64,000 nt of DNA from a phage: the NCBI GenBank assembly GCA_022897995.1, contig GCA_022897995.1_4763.1; one strand, written 5' to 3'. Under the pieces are notes generated by a model that made no database searches, was not told the origin of the DNA, and saw only the letters and a list, made by a program, of their open reading frames with translations. Positions 56,093-64,000 of this stretch are shown here, one piece after another. The stretch's first letter is position 1, and the number at the start of each line of letters is the position of its first letter. The position numbers and the translations under genes are program-made.

Positions 56093-57201
56093 TATATCTT
56101 ACCTTCAAATTTGACTTCCTGTAATTCTTCGCTGTTACCGATCATATACAGGTGAGTTAATGATTGCTCTCGGCTAATTTCATGCACAACTTCGTCAACA
56201 ATAAAATCATTGCGTGCTTGTTGTTTCTCATCAAAGAATCGAATAACCATACCGGGGCGCAACGAAAAATTACCGTGACACACGGCGGTAGCATACGAAT
56301 CATATTGTTCTATTGTGGCAAGTTTAGAACCTTCCAAAAACGCATTCTTATAAGTTAAATCGCCGTAAGCGCCACCATGAGCAAAGTGTGCAATATTATC
56401 CCCATTACCAACAACAATTTTATTATACTGCTTAGTAACAAAATCAATAGTTGTGTATGTCACATTGCTAAATGAATTTTTAACTTTAGCATTGCTCTTA
56501 GTCTGCCACTCGAAATTAAAAACCATCAGATTAGGCGACATATCAATAAATTGCCCCATGAGTCTAGGCTCACAGATTATAGCTGGTATTGGCTCATTTT
56601 TTAATATTGTATCGTGTCCAGCGATCGTTATACCATCAAAATCTTCCCAGCAATACACGAAAGACTCGGTTTCTACGCTTTGCCCGTATGCCCTCACAAA
56701 ATCCATATAGTCATTTATGGTACTAACCCACGGACAGCGAGGAATAACAACGTTATCACCCTTTATAGTAGGTTTCCATAAAGGAACTTCCTTATAGATG
56801 GCATCAATCATGCTAGTTACGTTATTAACAGCGTTATTTGTCAATGAGCGAGAAAATTTAAGGTTTAGTGTTTCGTGATAGCTCTTTAACTGGAATGTTA
56901 AAATGTTGTCAGATTTTTGGTCAATTGTTACATTACTATGAGAGATCCCATAGATTCGGTTGAAAACTTCATCTGTATTAGCAGTGGATAGCGAAATCTG
57001 AATGATCTCTCTCCCGTTTAATTTTGTATGCATCGCCTTATTATCATAGAATTGCAACAATCCTTCGTTCACCCCACGAATCGAATCACGCAGAGTCATT
57101 GTAACAAAGGTAGCACCCAATTCTATAAAGCGATGATTTAGAAACGCCTCATAATCCTGATAAAGTTTTATTGAGACATTAGGAAACCCCGTTCTTTGCA
57201 T
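56092..57201 (-). CDS. 27: baseplate hub subunit gp27
   Basis: 369 aa (T4 gp27 about 391 aa); assigned by order. Confidence 0.7.
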   Translation of the reverse strand: MQRTGFPNVSIKLYQDYEAFLNHRFIELGATFVTMTLRDSIRGVNEGLLQFYDNKAMHTKLNGREIIQISLSTANTDEVFNRIYGISHSNVTIDQKSDNILTFQLKSYHETLNLKFSRSLTNNAVNNVTSMIDAIYKEVPLWKPTIKGDNVVIPRCPWVSTINDYMDFVRAYGQSVETESFVYCWEDFDGITIAGHDTILKNEPIPAIICEPRLMGQFIDMSPNLMVFNFEWQTKSNAKVKNSFSNVTYTTIDFVTKQYNKIVVGNGDNIAHFAHGGAYGDLTYKNAFLEGSKLATIEQYDSYATAVCHGNFSLRPGMVIRFFDEKQQARNDFIVDEVVHEISREQSLTHLYMIGNSEELQEVKFEGKI

Positions 57202-57949
57202 TGTTTGCCTCTTTTACGTCTTTCTCGACCAGTGTCAGTGCAATGTTTCTCTCGACTGGTAACATATCCATAAGATCACTGATAGAATAATTTGATTTTG
57301 CCAATAGATGGTTTATTCGATAAAAGATGAATAACTCATCTGGATTCAACAACAATTTGAATAATGGAAGAAGACCTATGTATTTCAGGTCATGACTTTC
57401 ACAACAAGATATCTTTTGTTCGATCTTGATTGTGTGCATCTGCTTAACAACTTCTTCAAATTCAGCAAATGAGATTGAATCGATAACCTGTTCTCTAACT
57501 TCTTCCGGTAATTCAGTCCATAGATAATCATTAATACCATCAGATACACGCTCTATCGCATCCAGAAACGTTTTTGCATAGTCGGTTGATGGTTTAACAT
57601 ACCGGAAGGTTATTTTAAGCCCTGCGGCCTCTAGAACGATTGGTTTTAGTGCTTCAACCTGTAAGTTAAGCAACATTTTTCTTTCTTTGTTGCAAGTCGG
57701 GCAAGTAAAACAAAGCGGTATCTTAGTTTTACCAATTGAACTAGTAAAGACATTCAGGAAAATATATTCACGAAATGCCGGATCTACTTCTGGATATATT
57801 TCTTCTAATAGCTCATCCAGAATCGTTTGTTCTTCTTCTGGATTCATCTTAATTTCAGTTGACACCAGAAGGAAATCTCTATAATCTTTTACCGTGAATG
57901 GTTTAAATCTCTGCACACCTTCCGGTAGTTTTATTCGGATAATATTCAT
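57179..57949 (-). CDS. 51: baseplate hub assembly catalyst gp51
   Basis: 256 aa (T4 gp51 about 249 aa); CxxC pairs; first gene of the minus-strand hub operon. Confidence 0.65.
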   Translation of the reverse strand: MNIIRIKLPEGVQRFKPFTVKDYRDFLLVSTEIKMNPEEEQTILDELLEEIYPEVDPAFREYIFLNVFTSSIGKTKIPLCFTCPTCNKERKMLLNLQVEALKPIVLEAAGLKITFRYVKPSTDYAKTFLDAIERVSDGINDYLWTELPEEVREQVIDSISFAEFEEVVKQMHTIKIEQKISCCESHDLKYIGLLPLFKLLLNPDELFIFYRINHLLAKSNYSISDLMDMLPVERNIALTLVEKDVKEANNAKNGVS

Positions 57950-57969
57950 GGTATAATCCCCCTTTCGGG

Positions 57970-57977
57970 TATTTATA
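57970..57977 (-). promoter_or_regulatory. T4-type late promoter (TATAAATA)
   Basis: Minus-strand TATAAATA about 21 nt upstream of the gene 51 start, in the divergent 51/26 intergenic region. Confidence 0.55.
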
Positions 57978-58019
57978 AAATACTAAATAATTCTATGTGT
58001 TTATAAAGGGTGTTTTATT

Positions 58020-58649
58020 ATGCAATACTTTTTCAAGATCCAATTAGGCGAAAAGTTGATACACGCCCGTGCTTTCACCTTCGGCGAATTTCAAAAACTG
58101 GTAGCAGCAAAAGAGACTGGCAAGCTGTCAGAGGTTGTTATAGAGATCATACATGAATGTACGGGGATCAATGCATTAGAGCTAGAGAAATGCGAAGCAG
58201 AATATATTTTTCTTCTCTTATGGTGTCACAGCCTCAATAAGATGAAAATTGATGCTACTTGGGTATGTGGTGTATGCAATAAAGAGAAAGTATATTCTCT
58301 TGATGTTTCACGCACACAGATACCAGAAGTTGAACCGTATATTCTGGACTTAGGTCAAATAAAAATCAAATTTCGTCAACCTAAGTTTACAGAAGATGTT
58401 GATATTATGCAGATGGTAATTTCATGTATCGAATATATCGTGATCGGCGATCAGCAATTCAATATAGACGACCTGAACGCACAGGACTTTGACCGCGTGC
58501 TGGATATGCTTACCACGGATAAAGTGGAAGAAGTGATCGACGAGCTAACAAGAAATCAAATCACGCTGGCAGTACCGATCAAGTGCGAATGCGGGGAATC
58601 TGGTGTATATTCATTATCAGGTCTATCCAGTTTCCTTAAAATTCTTTGA
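58020..58649 (+). CDS. 26: baseplate hub subunit gp26
   Basis: 209 aa (T4 gp26 about 208 aa); divergent from 51, upstream of 25. Confidence 0.65.
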   Translation: MQYFFKIQLGEKLIHARAFTFGEFQKLVAAKETGKLSEVVIEIIHECTGINALELEKCEAEYIFLLLWCHSLNKMKIDATWVCGVCNKEKVYSLDVSRTQIPEVEPYILDLGQIKIKFRQPKFTEDVDIMQMVISCIEYIVIGDQQFNIDDLNAQDFDRVLDMLTTDKVEEVIDELTRNQITLAVPIKCECGESGVYSLSGLSSFLKIL

Positions 58650-59044
58650 GGTATAACATGGCAACTATTAATCAGATGTATACTGATTTGGATCTCAATA
58701 TATCCAGATCGTGGAATAACGACGTTAAAAAGAACATAGGGATTAAAGCGGTTAAGGATTCTATTCTACTGATCGTTACTACTCGCAAGGGATCTCGTCC
58801 ATTTGATCCACTGTTTGGATGCGATCTCAATAAATCTTTGTTTGAGAACATGAACCCACTGACGGTGGATACCTTATCAAAAAACATCAATGAGGCGATC
58901 CGAAACTATGAACCACGGGTCCGAAACCTGACAGTAGAAGTAACTCCGCAGTACGACGATAATTCAATCATAGTATCAATCTACTTTTCAGTAATAGATA
59001 ACCCAGATGATCTTGAACAACTACGCATAAGACTTGCAAAGTGA
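58646..59044 (+). CDS. 25: baseplate wedge subunit gp25 (GPW/lysozyme-like fold)
   Basis: 132 aa, the same length as T4 gp25; GSRPFDPLFGCDL signature. Confidence 0.8.
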   Translation: MRYNMATINQMYTDLDLNISRSWNNDVKKNIGIKAVKDSILLIVTTRKGSRPFDPLFGCDLNKSLFENMNPLTVDTLSKNINEAIRNYEPRVRNLTVEVTPQYDDNSIIVSIYFSVIDNPDDLEQLRIRLAK

Positions 59045-59091
59045 TTTTGTGTGTGATATGATATAGGTCTTAGTGTGAATAAGGGGATATT

Positions 59092-59499
59092 ATGGACCTA
59101 AACGATTTGAAAGAACAATTAGAAGCTGACATGAAGATCGATGCGACTAAGTTGCAATGGGAGGCGCTGAATAATCCGGTAGTATACTCAAAGTGGTTAA
59201 GGATTTACAGCGAGGCGAAAAGAGAGACGATTGCTCTTGAGGCTAAAAAGAAAAAGGCTATGAAAAATCGTCTTGACTTTTACACTAACCGCAGTGATGA
59301 CTGGTGTCGCGCTGAATATGAGAAATCAGAATTGAAAGTTGTCATGGCAGCAGACGACGAGATCTTGCCACTTGATACGAAAATTGCATATTACCAGATG
59401 GTAATGGATTTCGCTGGTCGCGCACTTGATATCGTTAAATCTCGTGGCTTTGCGATCAAGAATGCTATAGAATTGCGTATGCTGGAATCTGGTCGCTAA
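59092..59499 (+). CDS. uvsY: recombination mediator UvsY
   Basis: 135 aa (T4 UvsY about 137 aa); position between 25 and uvsW. Confidence 0.7.
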   Translation: MDLNDLKEQLEADMKIDATKLQWEALNNPVVYSKWLRIYSEAKRETIALEAKKKKAMKNRLDFYTNRSDDWCRAEYEKSELKVVMAADDEILPLDTKIAYYQMVMDFAGRALDIVKSRGFAIKNAIELRMLESGR

Positions 59500-59519
59500 A
59501 TACATGCAGGAGGAATTTT

Positions 59520-59696
59520 ATGAAAATCTGTATTTGTTGTAAACAACCTGTCGAGGATGCGTTAGCCGTCCAGACAGAAAACGGCGTTGTTCACACTGGC
59601 TACTGCTTACAGCTAGTAACAGAACGTTCGATTAGTGAAGATGCGAACGGCGAAGAACAAGAACAACTCGTAGAGCAAACAATGCTGTTAATGTAA
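59520..59696 (+). CDS. hypothetical small Cys-rich protein
   Basis: 58 aa with N-terminal CICCK and a second Cys; too short for the ORF track. Confidence 0.35.
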   Translation: MKICICCKQPVEDALAVQTENGVVHTGYCLQLVTERSISEDANGEEQEQLVEQTMLLM

Positions 59697-59730
59697 TTTG
59701 TTGATAACCGATTTTAATTGGTTTATTTTG

Positions 59731-59757
59731 CCCCATCATTGATGGGGCTTTTTTATA
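59731..59757. terminator. bidirectional terminator between convergent genes
   Basis: GCCCCATCattGATGGGGC hairpin followed by TTTTTTAT. Confidence 0.55.
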
Positions 59758-59759
59758 TC

Positions 59760-59996
59760 TTAAAAATCCTCTTCCGGCTCCTCTTCTGGCTCGTTGTCCG
59801 CTTCCAGTTGCTTACGGCGTCCAGCGATGGCATCACGGATCGAAATGTCATCAGCAGGTTTCAATTCTGTTTCTTTCTTGCGCTTCTCATAATATGCCTC
59901 AAGTTCATTTAATCCCTCGATAGTATTACAAGAATAAATCTTACTCATAAAACCGTCAATAGCGGCCTCAACCAAAAAACGTTTAAAGCTAATCAT
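59760..59996 (-). CDS. uvsW.1: UvsW.1-like small acidic protein
   Basis: 78 aa (T4 UvsW.1 about 76 aa); immediately downstream of uvsW on the minus strand. Confidence 0.6.
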   Translation of the reverse strand: MISFKRFLVEAAIDGFMSKIYSCNTIEGLNELEAYYEKRKKETELKPADDISIRDAIAGRRKQLEADNEPEEEPEEDF

Positions 59997-60039
59997 TTTT
60001 AATCTCCGTAGAATAAAGGGGCATTAAAGCCCCTATTTA

Positions 60040-61557
60040 TTAAATCTCGATTGTTTTCGTGGCATATTCGAATCGATCGGTGTTGTAAATTTTTATTCTT
60101 TCAAGCGCGTGTTTAAGAGCATAATTAAGGTGGCTAAACTGTTTCTTAGCATTCTTGCTCTTTGTCTTAACCGCCAAATGATCGATAAGATCCCAGACCG
60201 TTGCAATGTCTTTCGAACCATGTTTACGCAATGCACGACCGATACTCTGACGAACGATAGTTGATTCCTTCACTGGATGACCGAAAATAACATGATGCAA
60301 GTTCTTGATGGAAACACCAGTAGAGAACACACCATAAGACGCAACACAAATGATCCCTGTTTCCCCTTCCGCTAATTTCTTAAATTCATCACGTTCTTCT
60401 GTCTTAACTCCACCGTCAATATAATAAACCTTGTCGTGTACCTTCTGCAACGCATCATACATAAGTTTTCCGTGCTTAGTATTGCGGAACATCAGGAATA
60501 CGTTTTCGCCCTTCTTAGCGAGTTTTAGCGCCAAATTGCAAGCAAACTTATTTCGTCGTGGGTTAGACGTAATATACTTGATCTCTTCCGCATATTCTCT
60601 CCCCTTAACCGCGCTACATTCCTCATCGGTATAACGAAGGAAAAGACAGTTAATTTTCAGTTTTGTCACTTGGCCTTCTTCCATCAGGCGGTCAATACTC
60701 ACGATCTTAGAAATATCACCGAAAAGCCCGACATACTGCATCATGTTAGCTTTCCCGTCACGAGGGGAACCAGTCATGCCGATCTTAAATTGGCAATGAT
60801 CCATATCAGTAACGATGTTTAGCAGGTTTTTAGCAGTGGCCTTGTGACATTCATCAACAATCACCATCCCGAATTGTTTAAACCATTCACGAGGTTGTTT
60901 ACATGCTGATTGCCACGTACTAACAACGATCAGGCGATCGCCTACATTCTTACTAGTACCACTCATGATAGTATGAATTGCTTCATAAGGAAACTGTCGA
61001 TAATCAACAAAATCATCACGCATTTGCAGCACTAGCGACGTGGTAGGAACGATAATCAGCACTTTCCCTTCGTAGTTCTCTAAGTACCAGCGAGACAACA
61101 TACAAGCAATCGCAGATTTACCAGCGGACGTAGGCAAAACTAACATACGGCGTTTATGATGGATACCTTCAAAGACAGCCTTTGATTGATACCAATGAGG
61201 GGTGATCCTGTTAGCACCGGAATATAATTCTAAGTCGTTACACCATTTTGTGATCTCTTCTTCTGTAACCTGTTCTTTCTCGAATAAGCGAGGGTCTACC
61301 CAAACAGAATAACCCATATTTTTAGCGAAGATGCCAACGGTTTTAGTTAGGCCGATTGGCAACTTTCCATTGTAATCTAAAAGACGAATACGCCCATCCC
61401 ATCCGCCATACTTAAATCTTTTTTGAAACCGCGCTCCCTCGACTTCAAAACTAAAATAATCTCGCATTTCTAATAAAATTGAATCGCTACATTCAATTTG
61501 AACATGGGAGTAGTTCAGAAAGTGAATTTTAATATCTTGCATAGCGAATAGCCTCAC
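60040..61557 (-). CDS. uvsW: SF2 DNA helicase UvsW
   Basis: 505 aa (T4 UvsW about 503 aa); Walker A PTSAGKS, DECH box (VDECHKA), helicase C-terminal motifs. Confidence 0.85.
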   Translation of the reverse strand: MRLFAMQDIKIHFLNYSHVQIECSDSILLEMRDYFSFEVEGARFQKRFKYGGWDGRIRLLDYNGKLPIGLTKTVGIFAKNMGYSVWVDPRLFEKEQVTEEEITKWCNDLELYSGANRITPHWYQSKAVFEGIHHKRRMLVLPTSAGKSAIACMLSRWYLENYEGKVLIIVPTTSLVLQMRDDFVDYRQFPYEAIHTIMSGTSKNVGDRLIVVSTWQSACKQPREWFKQFGMVIVDECHKATAKNLLNIVTDMDHCQFKIGMTGSPRDGKANMMQYVGLFGDISKIVSIDRLMEEGQVTKLKINCLFLRYTDEECSAVKGREYAEEIKYITSNPRRNKFACNLALKLAKKGENVFLMFRNTKHGKLMYDALQKVHDKVYYIDGGVKTEERDEFKKLAEGETGIICVASYGVFSTGVSIKNLHHVIFGHPVKESTIVRQSIGRALRKHGSKDIATVWDLIDHLAVKTKSKNAKKQFSHLNYALKHALERIKIYNTDRFEYATKTIEI

Positions 61558-61612
61558 TCAATAAATACAGTATACAAATATTTATACAAACACCCCCAAT
61601 CAGGAGAATAAC

Positions 61613-62338
61613 ATGTTTGATAAAGAATATTTCGAAGAACTCCGCGCTATTGCGGCGTCCGACGACAAAGAAGCACAGAAAACAGCTAAAACAGAATTAG
61701 CAGACTATGCAAAACAATTTGATATCAAGGTCAAAAAGACTTTATCACTAGAGAACATGATCGAGTTCGTAGAAACCGAATTAACTAAACTGGCTTCCGA
61801 AATGGAAGAAGAAACTCCGGCAGAAGGAACCAGTATTAACGACCTTATTCTGGCAGCAGATACCGCAGATGATAAAGTGGTATTCGACGAAGTTGATCCG
61901 TCTCTGGTTGAAGCAATGAAAGAACCTGAGATCGTCATTGAAGAAACAAAAGAAGAATCTCCAGCAGTTGAACCAGTGGTCGAAGAAGTTAAGTCAGATG
62001 TTGAAGAAGCACTGGAAGTTAAAGTGGAATCTCCGGTAGCCAACATTTTCTCTGACGAAGCAGAGCATCGTTCCCCAGCACATGACACTGATTCATTTTG
62101 TGATCTTACTGGTTTCCGTCCGACCATTTGCTTGATCGGTGGCGGTCGTGGTTACTACTCCTGCCCGTGGTGGATTTTCGACTGGATCGTTAATACTCCA
62201 GATTGGAAGAAGTATCCAGAGCGTTTCCCTCACGCGTATGTACACGACACCCTCAAGTCACTGATCTATTATATCAAACGTGATGGGTCTGTCAAGGTGC
62301 GAGAGACTAAACATAGCCAATTCCACACTCTTAAATAA
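61613..62338 (+). CDS. hypothetical acidic protein (position of T4 inh)
   Basis: 241 aa; highly acidic middle, Cys/Trp-rich C-terminus; lies between uvsW and the hoc-like gene. Confidence 0.4.
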   Translation: MFDKEYFEELRAIAASDDKEAQKTAKTELADYAKQFDIKVKKTLSLENMIEFVETELTKLASEMEEETPAEGTSINDLILAADTADDKVVFDEVDPSLVEAMKEPEIVIEETKEESPAVEPVVEEVKSDVEEALEVKVESPVANIFSDEAEHRSPAHDTDSFCDLTGFRPTICLIGGGRGYYSCPWWIFDWIVNTPDWKKYPERFPHAYVHDTLKSLIYYIKRDGSVKVRETKHSQFHTLK

Positions 62339-62414
62339 TAAGAGTGTAAAAGTTGTGAAATATTTGTTATGTTTTTAATTGTAGTTCCGTTATGCAATTA
62401 AAAAGAGGATATTA

Positions 62415-64000
62415 CATGTCTAACAAAATCAATGTATTACATCAAACAGAAGGTCCGGTTTATGGCTCCGTTGGTCGTCCACTTCTGTTAAAGATTGTTG
62501 TCAGTACAGCAGATTTTAAAGATTTTATAGCAGAATGGAAGCTGAACGGTGTAAATGTGCCAGCAGAACAAATTTCCGACGCGGATCAGTCTCTGTATAT
62601 TGAGGAAATGCAAGAAAATCAATTTGGTACATATACATGTCACATTAAACTGAAAGACGAACCACAGGTCGGTGTAGATATTAAGCCTATTCTTGTACAG
62701 CGTAGATTTTTTATTGCACCGCAAGATCAGTCTCCGACGTATATTAAAAAACGAATCGGCGAAGAATTAACCCTATTCGCAACACCAGCAATTGAACTAG
62801 GTCAACACCCAGAGTTTCAATGGTATCGAAATCATATTCCGGTAGAACCAGAAAAAATCGAGGACAACCGAACCGTTCATATTGCCCGTGTTGGTCTTAT
62901 TGATTTTGGCAATTATACGTGTCGTGTTACTGTCCGTGGTGAACCAGCATCACAATATTGGATTAATCCAATTATTGTAGAAAAGAATGATACCCCTCCG
63001 GTGATACATCTTAATGAAGAATATCCTAGCTCTATTACAGTAGCCGAGGATTCAGCGGTACATCTCAATGTACTTGTTACATCAGATGATAAAGTATCGC
63101 CTATTGAGTATACGTGGATTCATAACGGTAGGATTGTTATCGAAGAAAACGGAAACTCTTTGGCAATTCCGCATATTCGAAAAGATCAGGAAGGTATCTG
63201 GCGTCTTGAGGTAAAACAAGGTGACACTACGGTGTATTCTAAAGATTGTCATATTGAGGTTGATAGTCAACCATTCTTTAGGATCACACGTCAACCGCAA
63301 ACTCTTAACGTGTCTGGCGGTGCTTTGGGTCTATTCAGCGTTGACTATAGAACAAACTATTCACCTGTAAAGATCCAGTGGTATCGTAAAAAGAATGCAG
63401 AAAATGAGTTTACACCGATTGTAGGTGAAACTAATAAAGATCTTCATATTACACCAGCTACTACTGAATTAAACCGAGCACGCTACAAAGCTCGTATCAC
63501 GTATGGAACAGACCAATACAGAGATTCAGAAGAAGCCGAATTACTAGTAGGTGAAGCATTAACTATTAGAATCACTAAACAGCCACAAGCATTGCGAAAC
63601 GTCCGTGTTTCTTCCTCACAGACGATCACTTGCGAGGCGGAAACAAACTATGAACATTATCGCTTAGATTATCAGTGGTATAAAGATGATGAATTAATGC
63701 CAGGCAAAACATCTAATGTATTGCATTTTTCGTCAATTAAAAAGACTGACGAAGGGCAGTATAAGTGTATTGCATCAATGGGTATTTCTGGTCATCGAAT
63801 TACCGCAGAATCATCTCCGGCTCAAGTAACGGTAGATAATTCAAAGGCATCATTGACCATTACTAAACATCCATCAGCGGTTACAATTCGCACTGGTGGG
63901 TCGTGGTCTATTTCAGTGGAAGCAAATTCCAACGATGCACTACCTATTCGCTATCGATGGTTTAAAGATGGTCAAGATTTATTCCCACAGGGTATTGAAC
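62415..64000 (+). CDS. hoc: Hoc-like outer capsid decoration protein with tandem Ig-like domains (3' partial)
   Basis: Open frame to the window end; repeated Ig-like units with W-Y/F-K/R and G-x-Y-x-C motifs; neighbours uvsW as hoc does in T4. Confidence 0.5.

Noticed and set aside
58020-58030. Late promoter for gene 26 in TTTATAAAGG upstream of its start
   Set aside because: It deviates from TATAAATA at the last two positions; only the minus-strand copy facing gene 51 is called.
1-64000. tRNA, rRNA or other structured RNA genes
   Set aside because: No region free of ORFs is long enough and suitably structured; the intergenic hairpins are short simple stems. A proper covariance-model scan was not possible.

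Overview
This 64 kb window reads as a contiguous piece of a T4-like (T-even) myovirus genome; it is not bacterial chromosome. Gene order and protein sequences follow the T4 map as I recall it: 39 / rIIA / rIIB / 52, a block of small early ORFs, holin t, adhesin 38 and tail fibers 37-34 (minus strand), rnh, dsbA, 33, 59, 32, frd, td, nrdA, nrdB, rnlA, a spanin pair, pseT, cd, 31, DNA ligase 30, alt, baseplate hub genes 54-48-29-28-27-51 (minus strand), 26, 25, uvsY, uvsW.1/uvsW (minus strand) and the start of a hoc-like Ig-repeat gene. Gene 39 is one uninterrupted ORF and gp38 is the glycine-rich T2-type adhesin, so the backbone looks T2/T6-like rather than T4 itself. Set into this backbone are accessory genes that I cannot place on the T4 map: a tightly coupled C5-methyltransferase-like / zinc-ribbon / DUF262 operon, a NADAR-like protein, a CYTH-like protein, a second Alt-like ADP-ribosyltransferase, a lipoprotein, an HNH endonuclease and a large in-frame insertion in thymidylate synthase. 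The most striking non-coding signal is a family of at least 16 sigma70-like promoters, most with a GC-rich inverted repeat spanning the -10 element, a conserved leader and a conserved Shine-Dalgarno, each in front of a small ORF. All calls rest on reading the sequence and on remembered T4 proteins and motifs; no database search was run.
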